The notes under the pieces were generated by a model. That model searched no databases, was not told the origin of the DNA, and saw only the letters and a program-made list of their open reading frames with translations. Of a stretch of 64,000 nt of DNA, positions 8,720 through 18,633 are shown piece by piece; within the stretch, counting starts at the first letter, position 1, and the number at the start of each line of letters is the position of its first letter. Source of the DNA: Planctomycetota bacterium. GTDB taxonomy: Bacteria > Planctomycetota > UBA8108 > SXIK01. The stretch covers positions 7,776,001 through 7,840,000 of the forward strand of contig CBDCXR010000004.1 of NCBI GenBank assembly GCA_965223845.1, in the 5' to 3' direction. The translations under genes were made by a program, and so were the position numbers.

Positions 8720-9538
8720 ATGCCTCCCGAAGCATTCTCCGAGTGGACGCTCCCGCCAGGGTTTCGGGTCTCGATCGCGACTCCGGACGACAGCGGCGGC
8801 GTTGCCGCTAGCGGCGGCGATCGAGCCGGCGGAATCGGACGACTCTATTTCTTCTCCGGAGTCGACCGCGTCGATCGTCTCGAGTGTGATCTCGTCGGCC
8901 GAGCGGCGAGTCTCGTGCCCGCGCTGGGAGCGGAGATTCGGCTCCGCGTGCCGGGAGCTTCGCGCGCGTTCGTCGGCAACGTCGATTCGGTCGAGAGCGA
9001 TCGCAGCGCCGACGGCAGCCGGACGCGCGTGGTGGCGCTCGCCGCGCTGGAGTCTCGCCGCCGCGAGTTCGGAACGCGGACGTTCGCCTCGGTGACCGAC
9101 AGCGAGGTCGCGGCGGCCGTCGCCGATGCCCTCGGTCTTGCGGCCGATCTCGAGCCGACGTCCGCCGTGCGCGGCCGGGTCGTCATCGAGGGCGATCCGC
9201 TCGTCTACCTGAAGGAGTCGGCGCGCGCGCTCGGATTTCAGTTCGCGGTGGACGGCGGCACGCTGCGCTTTCGCCGCGAGCTCAGAGGGGCCACCCGACG
9301 CACGGTCGACCGGCGCCGCGATGCGATTCTCTCGGAGTCGTGGTCGGTCTCGCGCCGGGGAGCCGCGCGTGGCAAGATAGCGCTCTTCGGCGACCCGACC
9401 TGGACGCCGCTCACGCGGTTCGCGCTGCGGGGATTCGGCCGCGCGCGAGACGGGGTGGTTCGCGCCGAGCGCGTGCTTCACGTGGTCGCCCGCGCTGGGT
9501 ATCGAACGGAGATCGAATTCCGTGGAGGAAACTCGTGA
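8720..9538 (+). CDS. phage late-control D / gp27-like baseplate hub (N-terminal part of VgrG/Afp8)
   Basis: TRTFASVTDSEVAAAVADALGL...DPLVYLKESARALGFQFAVDGGTLRFR...VLHVV...GYRTEIE; no gp5 OB-fold or beta-helix seen. Confidence 0.75.
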   Translation: MPPEAFSEWTLPPGFRVSIATPDDSGGVAASGGDRAGGIGRLYFFSGVDRVDRLECDLVGRAASLVPALGAEIRLRVPGASRAFVGNVDSVESDRSADGSRTRVVALAALESRRREFGTRTFASVTDSEVAAAVADALGLAADLEPTSAVRGRVVIEGDPLVYLKESARALGFQFAVDGGTLRFRRELRGATRRTVDRRRDAILSESWSVSRRGAARGKIALFGDPTWTPLTRFALRGFGRARDGVVRAERVLHVVARAGYRTEIEFRGGNS

Positions 9539-9756
9539 TCGACGGCTCTCTGGTGCGCGATCGACCGGCGTTCGGCTCGTCGTGCCGTCGAGGGGTTCCC
9601 CGACGCTCGCCGAACCGAGTTGCCTCGCCGCGAACCGATCGGTGGATCGCTCGAGGTCTCTCGTTCGTTCGAACGTCCGGCGTCATCGCCGCACCGGGGT
9701 GGTCGATCGAGCTGTTCGCCTCGCGTACTCACGAATTCGGCCGGAGGCGACCATGA
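9535..9756 (+). CDS. 73-aa orphan ORF between hub and gp25
   Basis: GGAGGA RBS; GTG overlaps the hub stop (GTGA) and its TGA overlaps the gp25 ATG (ATGA); no family recognised. Confidence 0.45.
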   Translation: MIDGSLVRDRPAFGSSCRRGVPRRSPNRVASPRTDRWIARGLSFVRTSGVIAAPGWSIELFASRTHEFGRRRP

Positions 9757-10142
9757 TCCGACCGGTGGGACGCGACCACCTTCTGCAAGACGCGCGCGGA
9801 CGAGACGACGCGGGCGAGAGCGCAGGCTTCGGGGTCGGTGGGCTCGCCGACGAGGAAACCCTCGAGCGCATCCGTCGCATCCTCGCCATCGTTCCTGGGG
9901 AGCGCCGACTCCTCCCCGAATTCGGTTGCCGCGTGCACGCAGTCGATCCGAAGTCTCCCGGAGCACACGATCTCGCCGCCGGCCTCATCGAGGACGCGCT
10001 GGATCGCTGGGCGCCGGAGCTCGGCTGCGGGGCGGTCGAGATCCTCTCCTGGACGGGGGGGCGACTTTGTTTCTCGCTCGTGAGCGCGCGTGGAGCGGGT
10101 CGAGTCGAAATCGTGCATCGCTTTTCCGGAGCCGCCGGTTAG
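9753..10142 (+). CDS. gp25/GpW-like baseplate wedge protein (Afp9-like)
   Basis: GGAGG RBS; IRRILAIVPGERRLLPEFGC...IEDALDRWAPE. Confidence 0.85.
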   Translation: MIRPVGRDHLLQDARGRDDAGESAGFGVGGLADEETLERIRRILAIVPGERRLLPEFGCRVHAVDPKSPGAHDLAAGLIEDALDRWAPELGCGAVEILSWTGGRLCFSLVSARGAGRVEIVHRFSGAAG

Positions 10143-10318
10143 CAGTCCCTTGAAAGAGTTCTTCGAGTCGAGAACCGATTCCTCGGCGGATCGATGGGCC
10201 GCGGCAAACGCAGGCAATCTCCTTAGGGTTCGAGTTTGGGCGCGGTGAAACCGAGCGTGAAGGTCCAGAGTTCTCGGCCGGACGAGTTTTCAGCGGGCTG
10301 GAGGCCCTAGGGGGAGCG

Positions 10319-12775
10319 ATGACCCAAGGTGGATCGCGCCCGAGCGCGGCGGAGACGAATGAGGACGTCGCGCGGGTGTACGAGTCGCTTCGCGAGAAGA
10401 TGCTGCGCCGTGACCCCGATTGGTCGCAGGTCGCTCCGGACGATCCTCGTCACGTGCTTCTCGAGGTGTTCGCCGAGGAGCTCGCGGATCTCGACGGACG
10501 GCTCCGGTCGGCGCGCGAGAGCCTCGTGCCCCGTCTTCTCGAAGCGCTTGGCGGGGAGCCGCGAGATCCGATTCCCGCGTCGACACTCCTTCGGTTCGTT
10601 TCCGCAGAGGACGGATCGGCAAGAGTTCCGGCGGGGACGGTGGCGCTCGCCCGCCGCCGCGACGGCGAGCCGCGCGTCTCGTTCGAGACGACCGGAGGCG
10701 TATGGGTGAGCCGAGCCGAGGTGCGTCGCGTCGTGACGCAGTGCGTCGAGGACGAGCGCGATTGGACGGTGTACCCGTCGGCCGGCTGGGAGCGACCCGA
10801 CGGAGCGTGGCTCGGACATCGGACGCGGCGAGCCCGGTACGTCTACGTTGGCGATGCGGCGCTCGCATGTCTCAGGCTTCCGTCCGCCGAGCTCGTTCTC
10901 GAATGCCCCGTTCGAGTCGAGGACCGCGCCGAGTTCGTCCGTTCGGAATGGGAGGGCAGGACGCCGCGCGGTTGGCGGCGACTCGCGATCGAGTGGGACG
11001 CTCGAGGTGAGGACGGAGGCGACACCCTGCTCGCGCGCATCCGCGGGCCCGCGCCGGATCTCTCGCTCGAGCCGGTCGACGGACTCCGGAGCTACTGGCT
11101 TCGCTGTGCGCTCCCGAGCACGTTTTCCGGCGAGATCGGCGACTGGCGATGGGCGTCGCTTCGCCTCGGTACGGACGCTCCGGAAGGCTCTGCGCTCGCG
11201 CCGACGCTGCGGTTTCCCCGCTCGGTCGCGAAGCTGCTCTCCGAGGACGAAGACGAGACGCGCGATCACTCGCTCAGTCGGGAGAGCGCCGCTCCGGCGA
11301 GCGCCGCGCCTACCCATCAGCCGACCGTGTGCGTCGGGCTCGATCGAGCCGGTGCGGGGAGTCTCGCGTTCGAGTTCGACGCGCCGCTCGGTCCGACCAC
11401 CGCGGGGACGGACTCCTCGTCGCGACCTCAGTTTCAGTGGGAGTACAGCATCGAGGGCGGATTTCGCGTCCTCTCCGTCGACGACACGACGGAAGGTTTC
11501 ACTCAATCGGGGGCGATCACGTGGAACGCGCCTCCCGACTGGGCCGAGGTCGAGCTCTGCGGAGAGCGACTCTTCTGGATTCGCGGTCGGTGGGTCGATG
11601 GCGCTCGACCGTCTCCGGCTCGACTTCTCGCGATCGTTCCGCATGCCGCTCCGGCCGAACAGCGCCGTACGCTTTCGGGGTGCGTCCGTGAAGTGTCGTT
11701 CGACGAACGCGGACGCGGCCGGCTCACGGATGCGGCTGGCGATGGGACTCCGCTTCGTTTCGAGACGTTCGAGCTCTGCGATGATGAGGGCGTGTGGCGA
11801 ACCTTCTCTCGGCGCCCGGACGACGCCACCGAGAACGCTTCCGCGAGCGGATTTCGACTGCGGCGACTCGTGCGCGGCGGTGGGATCGAGATCGAGCTCG
11901 ATCCTCGTTGGCGCGGGCGGAGGCGGCTTCGCTTCGAGACGCTCGCGTACACGCACGGGGAGAGAGGCTCTGTTCCCGCGGAGAGCGTCGTCGTCATCGA
12001 AGACGAGGGCCGCGGCGTCGACCACGTCGTTCAGCCGCGGGCGGCGTCGGGAGGCCGGGACGTCGAGTCGGCGACGGCGTTTCGTCGTCGTCTCGCCTGG
12101 GAGTGGGGCTCGTCCAGCCGCCTCGTCACCCGCGCCGATTTCGAGCGGGCGCTGCGAGCTCTCGAACCTCGGGTCGCGCGCGTCGAGATCTACGTCGATC
12201 CGCGTTGCGGAAGTCGGGTCGACGCGACCGTCGTGCTCGATGGCGAGACCGAGCCGGGAGCCCTCTCGCCCGCGCGTCTCCGCGAGCTCGAGGTCGAGCT
12301 CACGGAACGGACGCCGCTGGGGACGGCGCTCGTTCTGCACGAGCCGGCGTTCGTCGACGTCGATCTCGTCGTCGGTGCGCCGCTCGGCGGGGCGGCCGAG
12401 AGTCGCGCCGTCGCGGCCCGGGTCGCACGCTTCTTCGACCCGCTCACCGGCGGAACCGACGCGAGTGGTCTCCCGACGGGAGGATGGCTCGGCAGCATCG
12501 ATCTCGCCACTCTCGCCGGCGACGGAAGCCTCCCGATCGGGTCGGTGCGGCTCGAAGCGACCGATCGATCGGCGGTGCTCCCGCGGGAGTGGCGGGAGTC
12601 GGCGTTCGCCCGGGCGCCGGTCGCTTTCCCTCGTCTCGTATCGGTGCGCGAAGAATCAGTCGCGAACGCGCGCGGTTTCGCAGATGAGATGAGCGGGGAC
12701 GCATCGCGAAACGCCGCGGCGGATTCGCCTTCCGTGAACAAGCCCGAGGACGACGTCCTCCCCGGAGACGACTGA
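10319..12775 (+). CDS. baseplate J/gp47-like assembly protein (Afp11/12-like)
   Basis: PDWSQVAPDDPRHVLLEVFA...VPAGT...FETT...DDTTEGFTQSG...AASGGRDVES...RLVTRADFE...FFDPLTGG. Confidence 0.9.
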   Translation: MTQGGSRPSAAETNEDVARVYESLREKMLRRDPDWSQVAPDDPRHVLLEVFAEELADLDGRLRSARESLVPRLLEALGGEPRDPIPASTLLRFVSAEDGSARVPAGTVALARRRDGEPRVSFETTGGVWVSRAEVRRVVTQCVEDERDWTVYPSAGWERPDGAWLGHRTRRARYVYVGDAALACLRLPSAELVLECPVRVEDRAEFVRSEWEGRTPRGWRRLAIEWDARGEDGGDTLLARIRGPAPDLSLEPVDGLRSYWLRCALPSTFSGEIGDWRWASLRLGTDAPEGSALAPTLRFPRSVAKLLSEDEDETRDHSLSRESAAPASAAPTHQPTVCVGLDRAGAGSLAFEFDAPLGPTTAGTDSSSRPQFQWEYSIEGGFRVLSVDDTTEGFTQSGAITWNAPPDWAEVELCGERLFWIRGRWVDGARPSPARLLAIVPHAAPAEQRRTLSGCVREVSFDERGRGRLTDAAGDGTPLRFETFELCDDEGVWRTFSRRPDDATENASASGFRLRRLVRGGGIEIELDPRWRGRRRLRFETLAYTHGERGSVPAESVVVIEDEGRGVDHVVQPRAASGGRDVESATAFRRRLAWEWGSSSRLVTRADFERALRALEPRVARVEIYVDPRCGSRVDATVVLDGETEPGALSPARLRELEVELTERTPLGTALVLHEPAFVDVDLVVGAPLGGAAESRAVAARVARFFDPLTGGTDASGLPTGGWLGSIDLATLAGDGSLPIGSVRLEATDRSAVLPREWRESAFARAPVAFPRLVSVREESVANARGFADEMSGDASRNAAADSPSVNKPEDDVLPGDD

Positions 12776-13354
12776 GTGGTCGAGAACGAGTCTGCGTACC
12801 GTCGATCCCTCCGTGCTCGTCTTCCCGCGTTCTACCGCGAGGAGCCGGATCGACTCGAGCCCATCCTCGACACGATCGACCGAGCCCTCGCGGAATCGGA
12901 GCGCGAGATCGCGCGCTCGCTCGCGCCCGGCGACCGCTGGGACCGCGTGGCGGCGGAGGCGATCGGTCGACGAGATCCGCGTTCGGGCGACGGGCTCGCC
13001 GGGACACTCGCCGGCCTTCGAGGGGAAGTTCGGCGTCTCGTTGGAGCGGCGGAGTGCGCGGTGATCGTCGGCTTCGTCGCGGCAGCCGACGGGGCCTTAT
13101 CGGTACGCTTTGTGCGATCGCGACGCGCGGGTGCTATTTTGGTGTTTTCCGAGGACGCGCTGGCCGGGTGGGATCCGGAGCGGCTGCGCGGCTCGGTTCC
13201 GTTAAGCTCGCGGCTCCAGGTCGTCGCCGTGGCGTCCGAAGAAGACTACATCGCTTACCGCCGTGGGGCCGATCGCTACTGTGTTTACGGCGGTTTGAGA
13301 CTTTCGGGGCGAGTTGCCTGGGACTCCGACCGCGCTCGACACCGCGACGACTGA
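12776..13354 (+). CDS. phage tail protein I (P2 gpI)-like baseplate protein
   Basis: Starts right after the baseplate J stop; LRARLPAFYREE..RL...GTLAGL motif. Confidence 0.6.
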   Translation: MVENESAYRRSLRARLPAFYREEPDRLEPILDTIDRALAESEREIARSLAPGDRWDRVAAEAIGRRDPRSGDGLAGTLAGLRGEVRRLVGAAECAVIVGFVAAADGALSVRFVRSRRAGAILVFSEDALAGWDPERLRGSVPLSSRLQVVAVASEEDYIAYRRGADRYCVYGGLRLSGRVAWDSDRARHRDD

Positions 13355-13447
13355 GGCGCGCGAAGACCGCACTGGAGGCCCGGCCAGACCCCGGCGCGAA
13401 ACGCCCCGCCCAAACTCGAGGCCGTTCTGGGATCTAAGATCATCGCC

Positions 13448-14506
13448 ATGTCGACTCCGCACGAAACCATTCCCGTCAGCAGCTCGCTCGTCCGAGCCTC
13501 CGGCGCGAGCGACATCGGGAAGGTGCGGAAGGAGAACCAGGACAGTCTTCTCATCCACGAGCCCGATGATCCGGACATCATCGAGCGTCGCGGCGTGCTC
13601 GTCGTCCTCGCCGACGGCATGGGGGGGCTCTCCGATGGCAAGATCGCGAGCGAGCTCACGGTCGAGACCGTCAAGGACGAGTACTATTCCTATCTCGGGA
13701 ATCCGCGGGCGAGTCTAGAAGCGGCCGTCAAGAAGGCGAACCGCGTCGTCTTCGACAAGTCGAACGAGGGCGGAGAGAACCGGCAGATGGGGTCGACCCT
13801 GACGGCGCTCGTCGCGCTCTCGGGACGCGTCCTCATCGCGCAGATCGGCGACAGCCGCGCCTACCGCTATCGGCGAGGCTCGATCGAGCAGCTCACTCGC
13901 GATCACTCGCTCGTCCGCGAGCTCGTCGATCGCGGTGAGATCGATCTCCATTCGAATCAGTACGCGTTCCATCGCAACATCCTCACGCGCGGACTCGGAT
14001 TGCGTCCCGATCTAGCGGTCGACATCTACGAGCTCCTCGGCGTCGAGCCCGGAGATACCTTCCTCCTCTCGTCGGACGGGCTGCACGAGCTCGTCGAAGT
14101 GGACGAGATGGTTTCGATCATCGAGTCGCGCGGCGAGGATCTCGAGGCCGCCGCGCTCGAGTTCGTCGAGCTCGCGAAGGAGCGCGGCGGGACGGATAAC
14201 ATCACCGTCGCGCTCGTCGCGGTTCCGGACTCGACCGAGTCGGCCGCGGTCGTGCCGGATCCCGACCTCTCCCGGGTTCGCCGATCGAGCTGGATTCTTC
14301 CTGCTTCGATTCTGGGGAGCTTCGTCCTCGGCGTCATTCTCACCTTGACGACGCTCGCGCCCCCCGAGCTCACGCCGGAGGATCGGATGAGCCTTCGGAA
14401 CGAAGCGATCGGGCTTCTCCGCCGAATGCGACCGGGACTCTCCGCCGAGGATCGCGCGCGGATCGAGGAGAGGGTCGAGGAGATCCTCGATCGTCTCGGT
14501 CAGTGA
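13448..14506 (+). CDS. PP2C-family Ser/Thr phosphatase with C-terminal TM helix
   Basis: SDIGKVRKENQD, LADGMGG, MGSTL, IGDSRAY, QLTRDHS, LSSDGL, GGTDNIT; TM ILPASILGSFVLGVILTL. Confidence 0.95.
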   Translation: MSTPHETIPVSSSLVRASGASDIGKVRKENQDSLLIHEPDDPDIIERRGVLVVLADGMGGLSDGKIASELTVETVKDEYYSYLGNPRASLEAAVKKANRVVFDKSNEGGENRQMGSTLTALVALSGRVLIAQIGDSRAYRYRRGSIEQLTRDHSLVRELVDRGEIDLHSNQYAFHRNILTRGLGLRPDLAVDIYELLGVEPGDTFLLSSDGLHELVEVDEMVSIIESRGEDLEAAALEFVELAKERGGTDNITVALVAVPDSTESAAVVPDPDLSRVRRSSWILPASILGSFVLGVILTLTTLAPPELTPEDRMSLRNEAIGLLRRMRPGLSAEDRARIEERVEEILDRLGQ

Positions 14507-14623
14507 GCTCGGACTGAGCGACGCGGCTGACCCGCGTCACCCGGGCTCGCCGATTCGGCGCCTCTGCCATCGGACCGAGGGGTCGTGTGCCGACGCGGCG
14601 GTGCGAGCGGACTCGGTCGGTCC

Positions 14624-16060
14624 TTACGGCACCGCGTGAATGTGGATGAGATTCGTGACTTTGGGGCGATCGAACGGAAACCCTCCGACGATCACGATGC
14701 GATCGCCCGACTCGACGAGTCCTTCTCGGAGCGCGATCTGCTCGGAGTGAAGAACGATGTCGGCGAGCGAGCTCGGATCGCCGCCGTAGCGGGAACATTC
14801 GACGCCCCAGACGACGGAGAGGCGCCGGAGGATTCCCTCGTCGTTCCCGAGGACGTGAATCGGTACCGCGGGGCGACCGCCCGAAACGAGCCGCGCGGAC
14901 GCGCCGCTCTTCGTGTAGACGACGACCGCGCGGGCGTTCGTCGAGGCCGCCGCGAGGGACGCTGCGTCGCCGGTCGCTTCGGCTTCGGAAATCCCCGCCC
15001 TCGGCCGCAAATACGGGCGGTCCGGTCGTTGGCGAACGATCTCCGCCTCGGCCTCGCGTAGAATGCGCGCAGCCATCGCCACCGTCTCGACCGGGTACTT
15101 TCCGACGGCGGTCTCGGCCGAGAGCATGATCGCGTCCGTGCCGTCGAAGACGGCGTTGGCGACGTCGGAAGCCTCCGCCCGCGTCGGATACGGCTGCTGG
15201 ATCATCGACTCGAGCATCTGCGTCGCGGTGATCGTCGGAACTCGACCACGTCGCGCCCGCGCGATCATTCGCTTCTGCTCTACGGGGACCTTCTCCGGCG
15301 AGAGCTCGACGCCGAGGTCGCCGCGCGCAACCATGATGCCGTAGCACTCCTCGAGGATTGGACCGAGGTTCTCCACCGCCTCCGGCGTCTCGATCTTGGC
15401 GAAGACCGGAATATTGACGCCGAGTTCGTCGAGCGCGTCCTTGGTGGTTTCGACGTCGGCTGGGCTGCGAACGAACGAGAGCGCGACGAAGTCGACCGGG
15501 GCCGCGGCGCCGATCTCGAGGTCGCGCAGATCCTTCTCCGTGAGTGACGGCAGACTCGCCGTCGGCGTGTCGGGGAGATTCACACCGCGCCGATCGATCA
15601 CCTTTCCGCCGACGTCGACCCGGCAGCGCCAACCGTCCTCTTCCTTGGCGTCCGCGGTGAGACGGATTCGCCCGTCGTCCATCAGCACCCGGTGTCCCGC
15701 GTCGAGCTCCGCGAGCACGGCGGTCGGGGAGATGAAGAGACGACCGGGCCGGCTTTCGTCATCGCCCCCGGAGATCAGCACCGATTCTCCCTCGGAGAGT
15801 AGGACCGCGCCGTTTCGGCACGTCGTGGTGCGGATCTTGACGCCGCGGAGATCCTGTAGGATTCCGATGTGTCGTCCGAACCCGTTCGAGACCTCACGGA
15901 CGAGCTGGCAGTACTGCCGGTGCTCGTCGGGCGAACCGTGGGAGAAATTCACGCGGAAGACGTCGACTCCCTCGCGCACGAGGGCCTCGACCATCGCGCG
16001 CGAATGACTCGCCGGGCCGAGCGTCGCGACGATTTTCGTTCTTCGGTTCGACTCCGTCAT
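14624..16060 (-). CDS. pyk: pyruvate kinase
   Basis: RRTKIVATLGPAS, FRVNFSHG, AKIET, GIMVARGDLGVE, TATQMLESM, PTRAEASDVANA. Confidence 0.97.
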   Translation of the reverse strand: MTESNRRTKIVATLGPASHSRAMVEALVREGVDVFRVNFSHGSPDEHRQYCQLVREVSNGFGRHIGILQDLRGVKIRTTTCRNGAVLLSEGESVLISGGDDESRPGRLFISPTAVLAELDAGHRVLMDDGRIRLTADAKEEDGWRCRVDVGGKVIDRRGVNLPDTPTASLPSLTEKDLRDLEIGAAAPVDFVALSFVRSPADVETTKDALDELGVNIPVFAKIETPEAVENLGPILEECYGIMVARGDLGVELSPEKVPVEQKRMIARARRGRVPTITATQMLESMIQQPYPTRAEASDVANAVFDGTDAIMLSAETAVGKYPVETVAMAARILREAEAEIVRQRPDRPYLRPRAGISEAEATGDAASLAAASTNARAVVVYTKSGASARLVSGGRPAVPIHVLGNDEGILRRLSVVWGVECSRYGGDPSSLADIVLHSEQIALREGLVESGDRIVIVGGFPFDRPKVTNLIHIHAVP

Positions 16061-16342
16061 GATGCGACGCCTCCGAGGCTCCGCTGGTTTGGGGGGCGAC
16101 GATCGCCGCGGAACGATCGGCGATAGTAGACCCGAGCGACGCGGAGAATTGAACCCGTCGCCGGTGGTGAACTCGGGCGAGCACGATCGACCGAGTCGCT
16201 CTCGGCCTCGGTGGGGGACGAGATCGAAGAAATCGAGTTGGAAATCGAGAGCGATCGCAGTAGGGAGAGTGGGAGGCGCGAGGCGTAGCGCGTACTCGCC
16301 CGCGGTGGCGGTGTTCACGAACATACGAAAGCGAGAGACGAT

Positions 16343-17551
16343 ATGGCATTCGACGCGCAGCGCGCTCGGTTCGCGGCCGAGCTCGAAGCGATCCGCGCAT
16401 CGGGGATGTGGAAGACCGAGCAACTCATCACGTCGGCGCAGGAGCCGCGACTCGAAGTGACGGACGATCTCTCGATTCCGTCCCGTCCGAGTCTCAATCT
16501 CTGCGCGAACAACTATCTCGGGCTCGCGAACCACCCCGAAGTGATCGAGGCTTCCTGCCGCGCGACCCGCGAGCACGGCTTCGGCATGGCGTCCGTGCGC
16601 TTCATCTGCGGGACTCACTCGCTCCACCGGAGCCTTGAGACCGAGCTGAGCGCGTTTCTCGGAACGGATGACACAATTCTCTACAGCTCGTGCTTCGACG
16701 CGAACGCGGGTCTCTTCGAAACTCTGCTCGGCCCCGAGGATGCGATCATCAGCGACGAGCTCAATCACGCGAGCATCATCGACGGCATTCGTCTCACGAA
16801 GGCGCGGCGGCGGATCTTTCGTCACGCCGACATGGATGATCTCCGTGCCGCGCTCGACGAAACGCGGGAAGCGCGCATGCAGCTCGTCGTCACCGACGGC
16901 GTGTTCAGCATGCACGGAGATCTCGCTCCGCTGCCCGAGATTTGTGATCTCACCGACGAGCACGGTGCGCTACTCGTCGTCGACGACAGCCACGCGACGG
17001 GGTTTCTCGGCGCCAACGGACGCGGAACTCCCGAGCACTGGGGAGTTTCCGAGCGGGTCGACATCATCACGAGCACGCTCGGAAAGGCCCTCGGCGGCGC
17101 GTCGGGTGGGTTCTCGAGCGGCCGGGCCGAGATCGTCGAGCTGCTTCGACAGCGATCGCGGCCGTACCTGTTCTCGAACGCCGTTGCGCCGGGAATCCTC
17201 GGCGCGGCGCGGAAAGTCCTCGAGCTCATCGCGGCGGAACCCGAGCGGCGTGAGACGCTGCGCGAGAACACGCGCTACTTTCGCGACGAAATGGCGGTGC
17301 GCGGATTCGAAATCGTCCCGGGCGAGCACCCCATCGTCCCGATCGTCCTCGGTGACGAAGTGCGCACTGTCCAGATGGCGACAGAGCTCAACCGACGCGG
17401 TGTGTTCGTCGTCGGATTCACGTTTCCCGTCGTTCCGAAGGGCTCCGCCCGCATTCGCGTGCAGGTGTCCGCGGCGCATTCGCGCGAGGATCTCTCCGGC
17501 GCGATCGACCAGTTCGAGGAGGTCGGCGTCAAGCTGGGCGTGCTGGCGTGA
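16343..17551 (+). CDS. kbl: glycine C-acetyltransferase (2-amino-3-ketobutyrate CoA ligase)
   Basis: NLCANNYLGLA, GMASVRFICGT, SCFDANAG, TLGKALGGASGG, QRSRPYLFSN. Confidence 0.95.
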   Translation: MAFDAQRARFAAELEAIRASGMWKTEQLITSAQEPRLEVTDDLSIPSRPSLNLCANNYLGLANHPEVIEASCRATREHGFGMASVRFICGTHSLHRSLETELSAFLGTDDTILYSSCFDANAGLFETLLGPEDAIISDELNHASIIDGIRLTKARRRIFRHADMDDLRAALDETREARMQLVVTDGVFSMHGDLAPLPEICDLTDEHGALLVVDDSHATGFLGANGRGTPEHWGVSERVDIITSTLGKALGGASGGFSSGRAEIVELLRQRSRPYLFSNAVAPGILGAARKVLELIAAEPERRETLRENTRYFRDEMAVRGFEIVPGEHPIVPIVLGDEVRTVQMATELNRRGVFVVGFTFPVVPKGSARIRVQVSAAHSREDLSGAIDQFEEVGVKLGVLA

Positions 17552-18296
17552 GGCCGCGCCGCGGCCAGCGGCGGCGGAGAGCGACCGGGTCGTTCGTAAA
17601 CACCGCATCGACACTCCAGCGCGCGAGGCGGCGCTGCGAGGAGGGATCGTCGACCGTCCACGGCGCGACCTGCAGGTCGAGATCGTGCGCCCGGCGGATC
17701 GCGCGCTCCGTCACGATCGAATGCTCGGGATGCCACGCGACGCAGCCGGCGCCGGTCGCCGCCCCGATGGTTCGATCGACCGCGGCCGCGGTCGACTCGC
17801 CCGGGAGTGCGTAAGCGACGAGCGCCGTCCGGATCCCGTAGTCCGCGAACGCCCCGAGAAGATCCGGATCGCTGCAGGAGACCCACACCCGCGGGGCGAG
17901 CTTTGCGCCGGCGACGATCTCGAGAACGCTCGCCGCGAGACGCGCGCCACCGACGGGCTTGAGCTCGAGAATCAGTTCGACGGGATACGGAACGACGCCG
18001 AGCGCTTCGGTGAGGAGGGGCACGCGGGTGCGCGCGAAGCGGGCGCCGAACCAGCTCCCCGCGTCGAGGAGCGCGACGTCGCAGTAGCTCGCCTCCGCGA
18101 CGAGCCCACTTCCGTTTGTGGTCCGATCGAGAGACTCATCGTGAAAGACGATCACCCGACCGTCGGCTGTCGTCTGGAGATCGATTTCGATCGCGTCGGC
18201 TCCGGCGGCGACGGCCGCAGCGAGGGCCGGGACGGTGTTCTCCGGAGCCGCGTTCGAGGCTCCGCGATGGGCGATCACGAGAGGGCATCGGCTCAT
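17529..18296 (-). CDS. glycerophosphodiester phosphodiesterase
   Basis: IAHRGAS..APENT, IEIDL, HDESLDRTT, WTVDD, FTNDP. Confidence 0.92.
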   Translation of the reverse strand: MSRCPLVIAHRGASNAAPENTVPALAAAVAAGADAIEIDLQTTADGRVIVFHDESLDRTTNGSGLVAEASYCDVALLDAGSWFGARFARTRVPLLTEALGVVPYPVELILELKPVGGARLAASVLEIVAGAKLAPRVWVSCSDPDLLGAFADYGIRTALVAYALPGESTAAAVDRTIGAATGAGCVAWHPEHSIVTERAIRRAHDLDLQVAPWTVDDPSSQRRLARWSVDAVFTNDPVALRRRWPRRGLTPARPA

Positions 18297-18633
18297 GATC
18301 GCAAGCCTACCACCCGTCGCGCGCGCCCGCTCGGCTCACGGGTCGAACTTTAACGAGGATTCACAGTCGAGGGAGCGGTGGGAGGGACCGTCGAACCGGG
18401 GACGGAGGTCGCGGCCTACTCACAATTCACGAATCCGTCGCCGGAGCGGCGATCGCGGCGAACGGAGCCGCCACGTAGAGACACTCGAATTCGGCGCGCG
18501 GATGACCTGCCGGAGTAGAATCTCCCGTGAATTTCGCGATAATCCGACGCTTTCGCGGCGCGCGGGGACGGCTGGAACAGCCGTCGCTGCCGCGGCGCGC
18601 GACCGAAGCCCAAGTCTCGAGAGCGATATCTCC

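Noticed and set aside
10143-10318. Possible riboswitch or structured RNA between gp25 and baseplate J (cggtgaaaccg hairpin)
   Set aside because: No match to a riboswitch consensus I can support by eye; would need an Infernal/Rfam scan.
3945-13354. Prophage or T6SS interpretation of the tail genes
   Set aside because: No capsid, portal, terminase, integrase or lysis genes, and no TssJLM, TssK or ClpV. DUF4255 with gp19 tubes points to eCIS.
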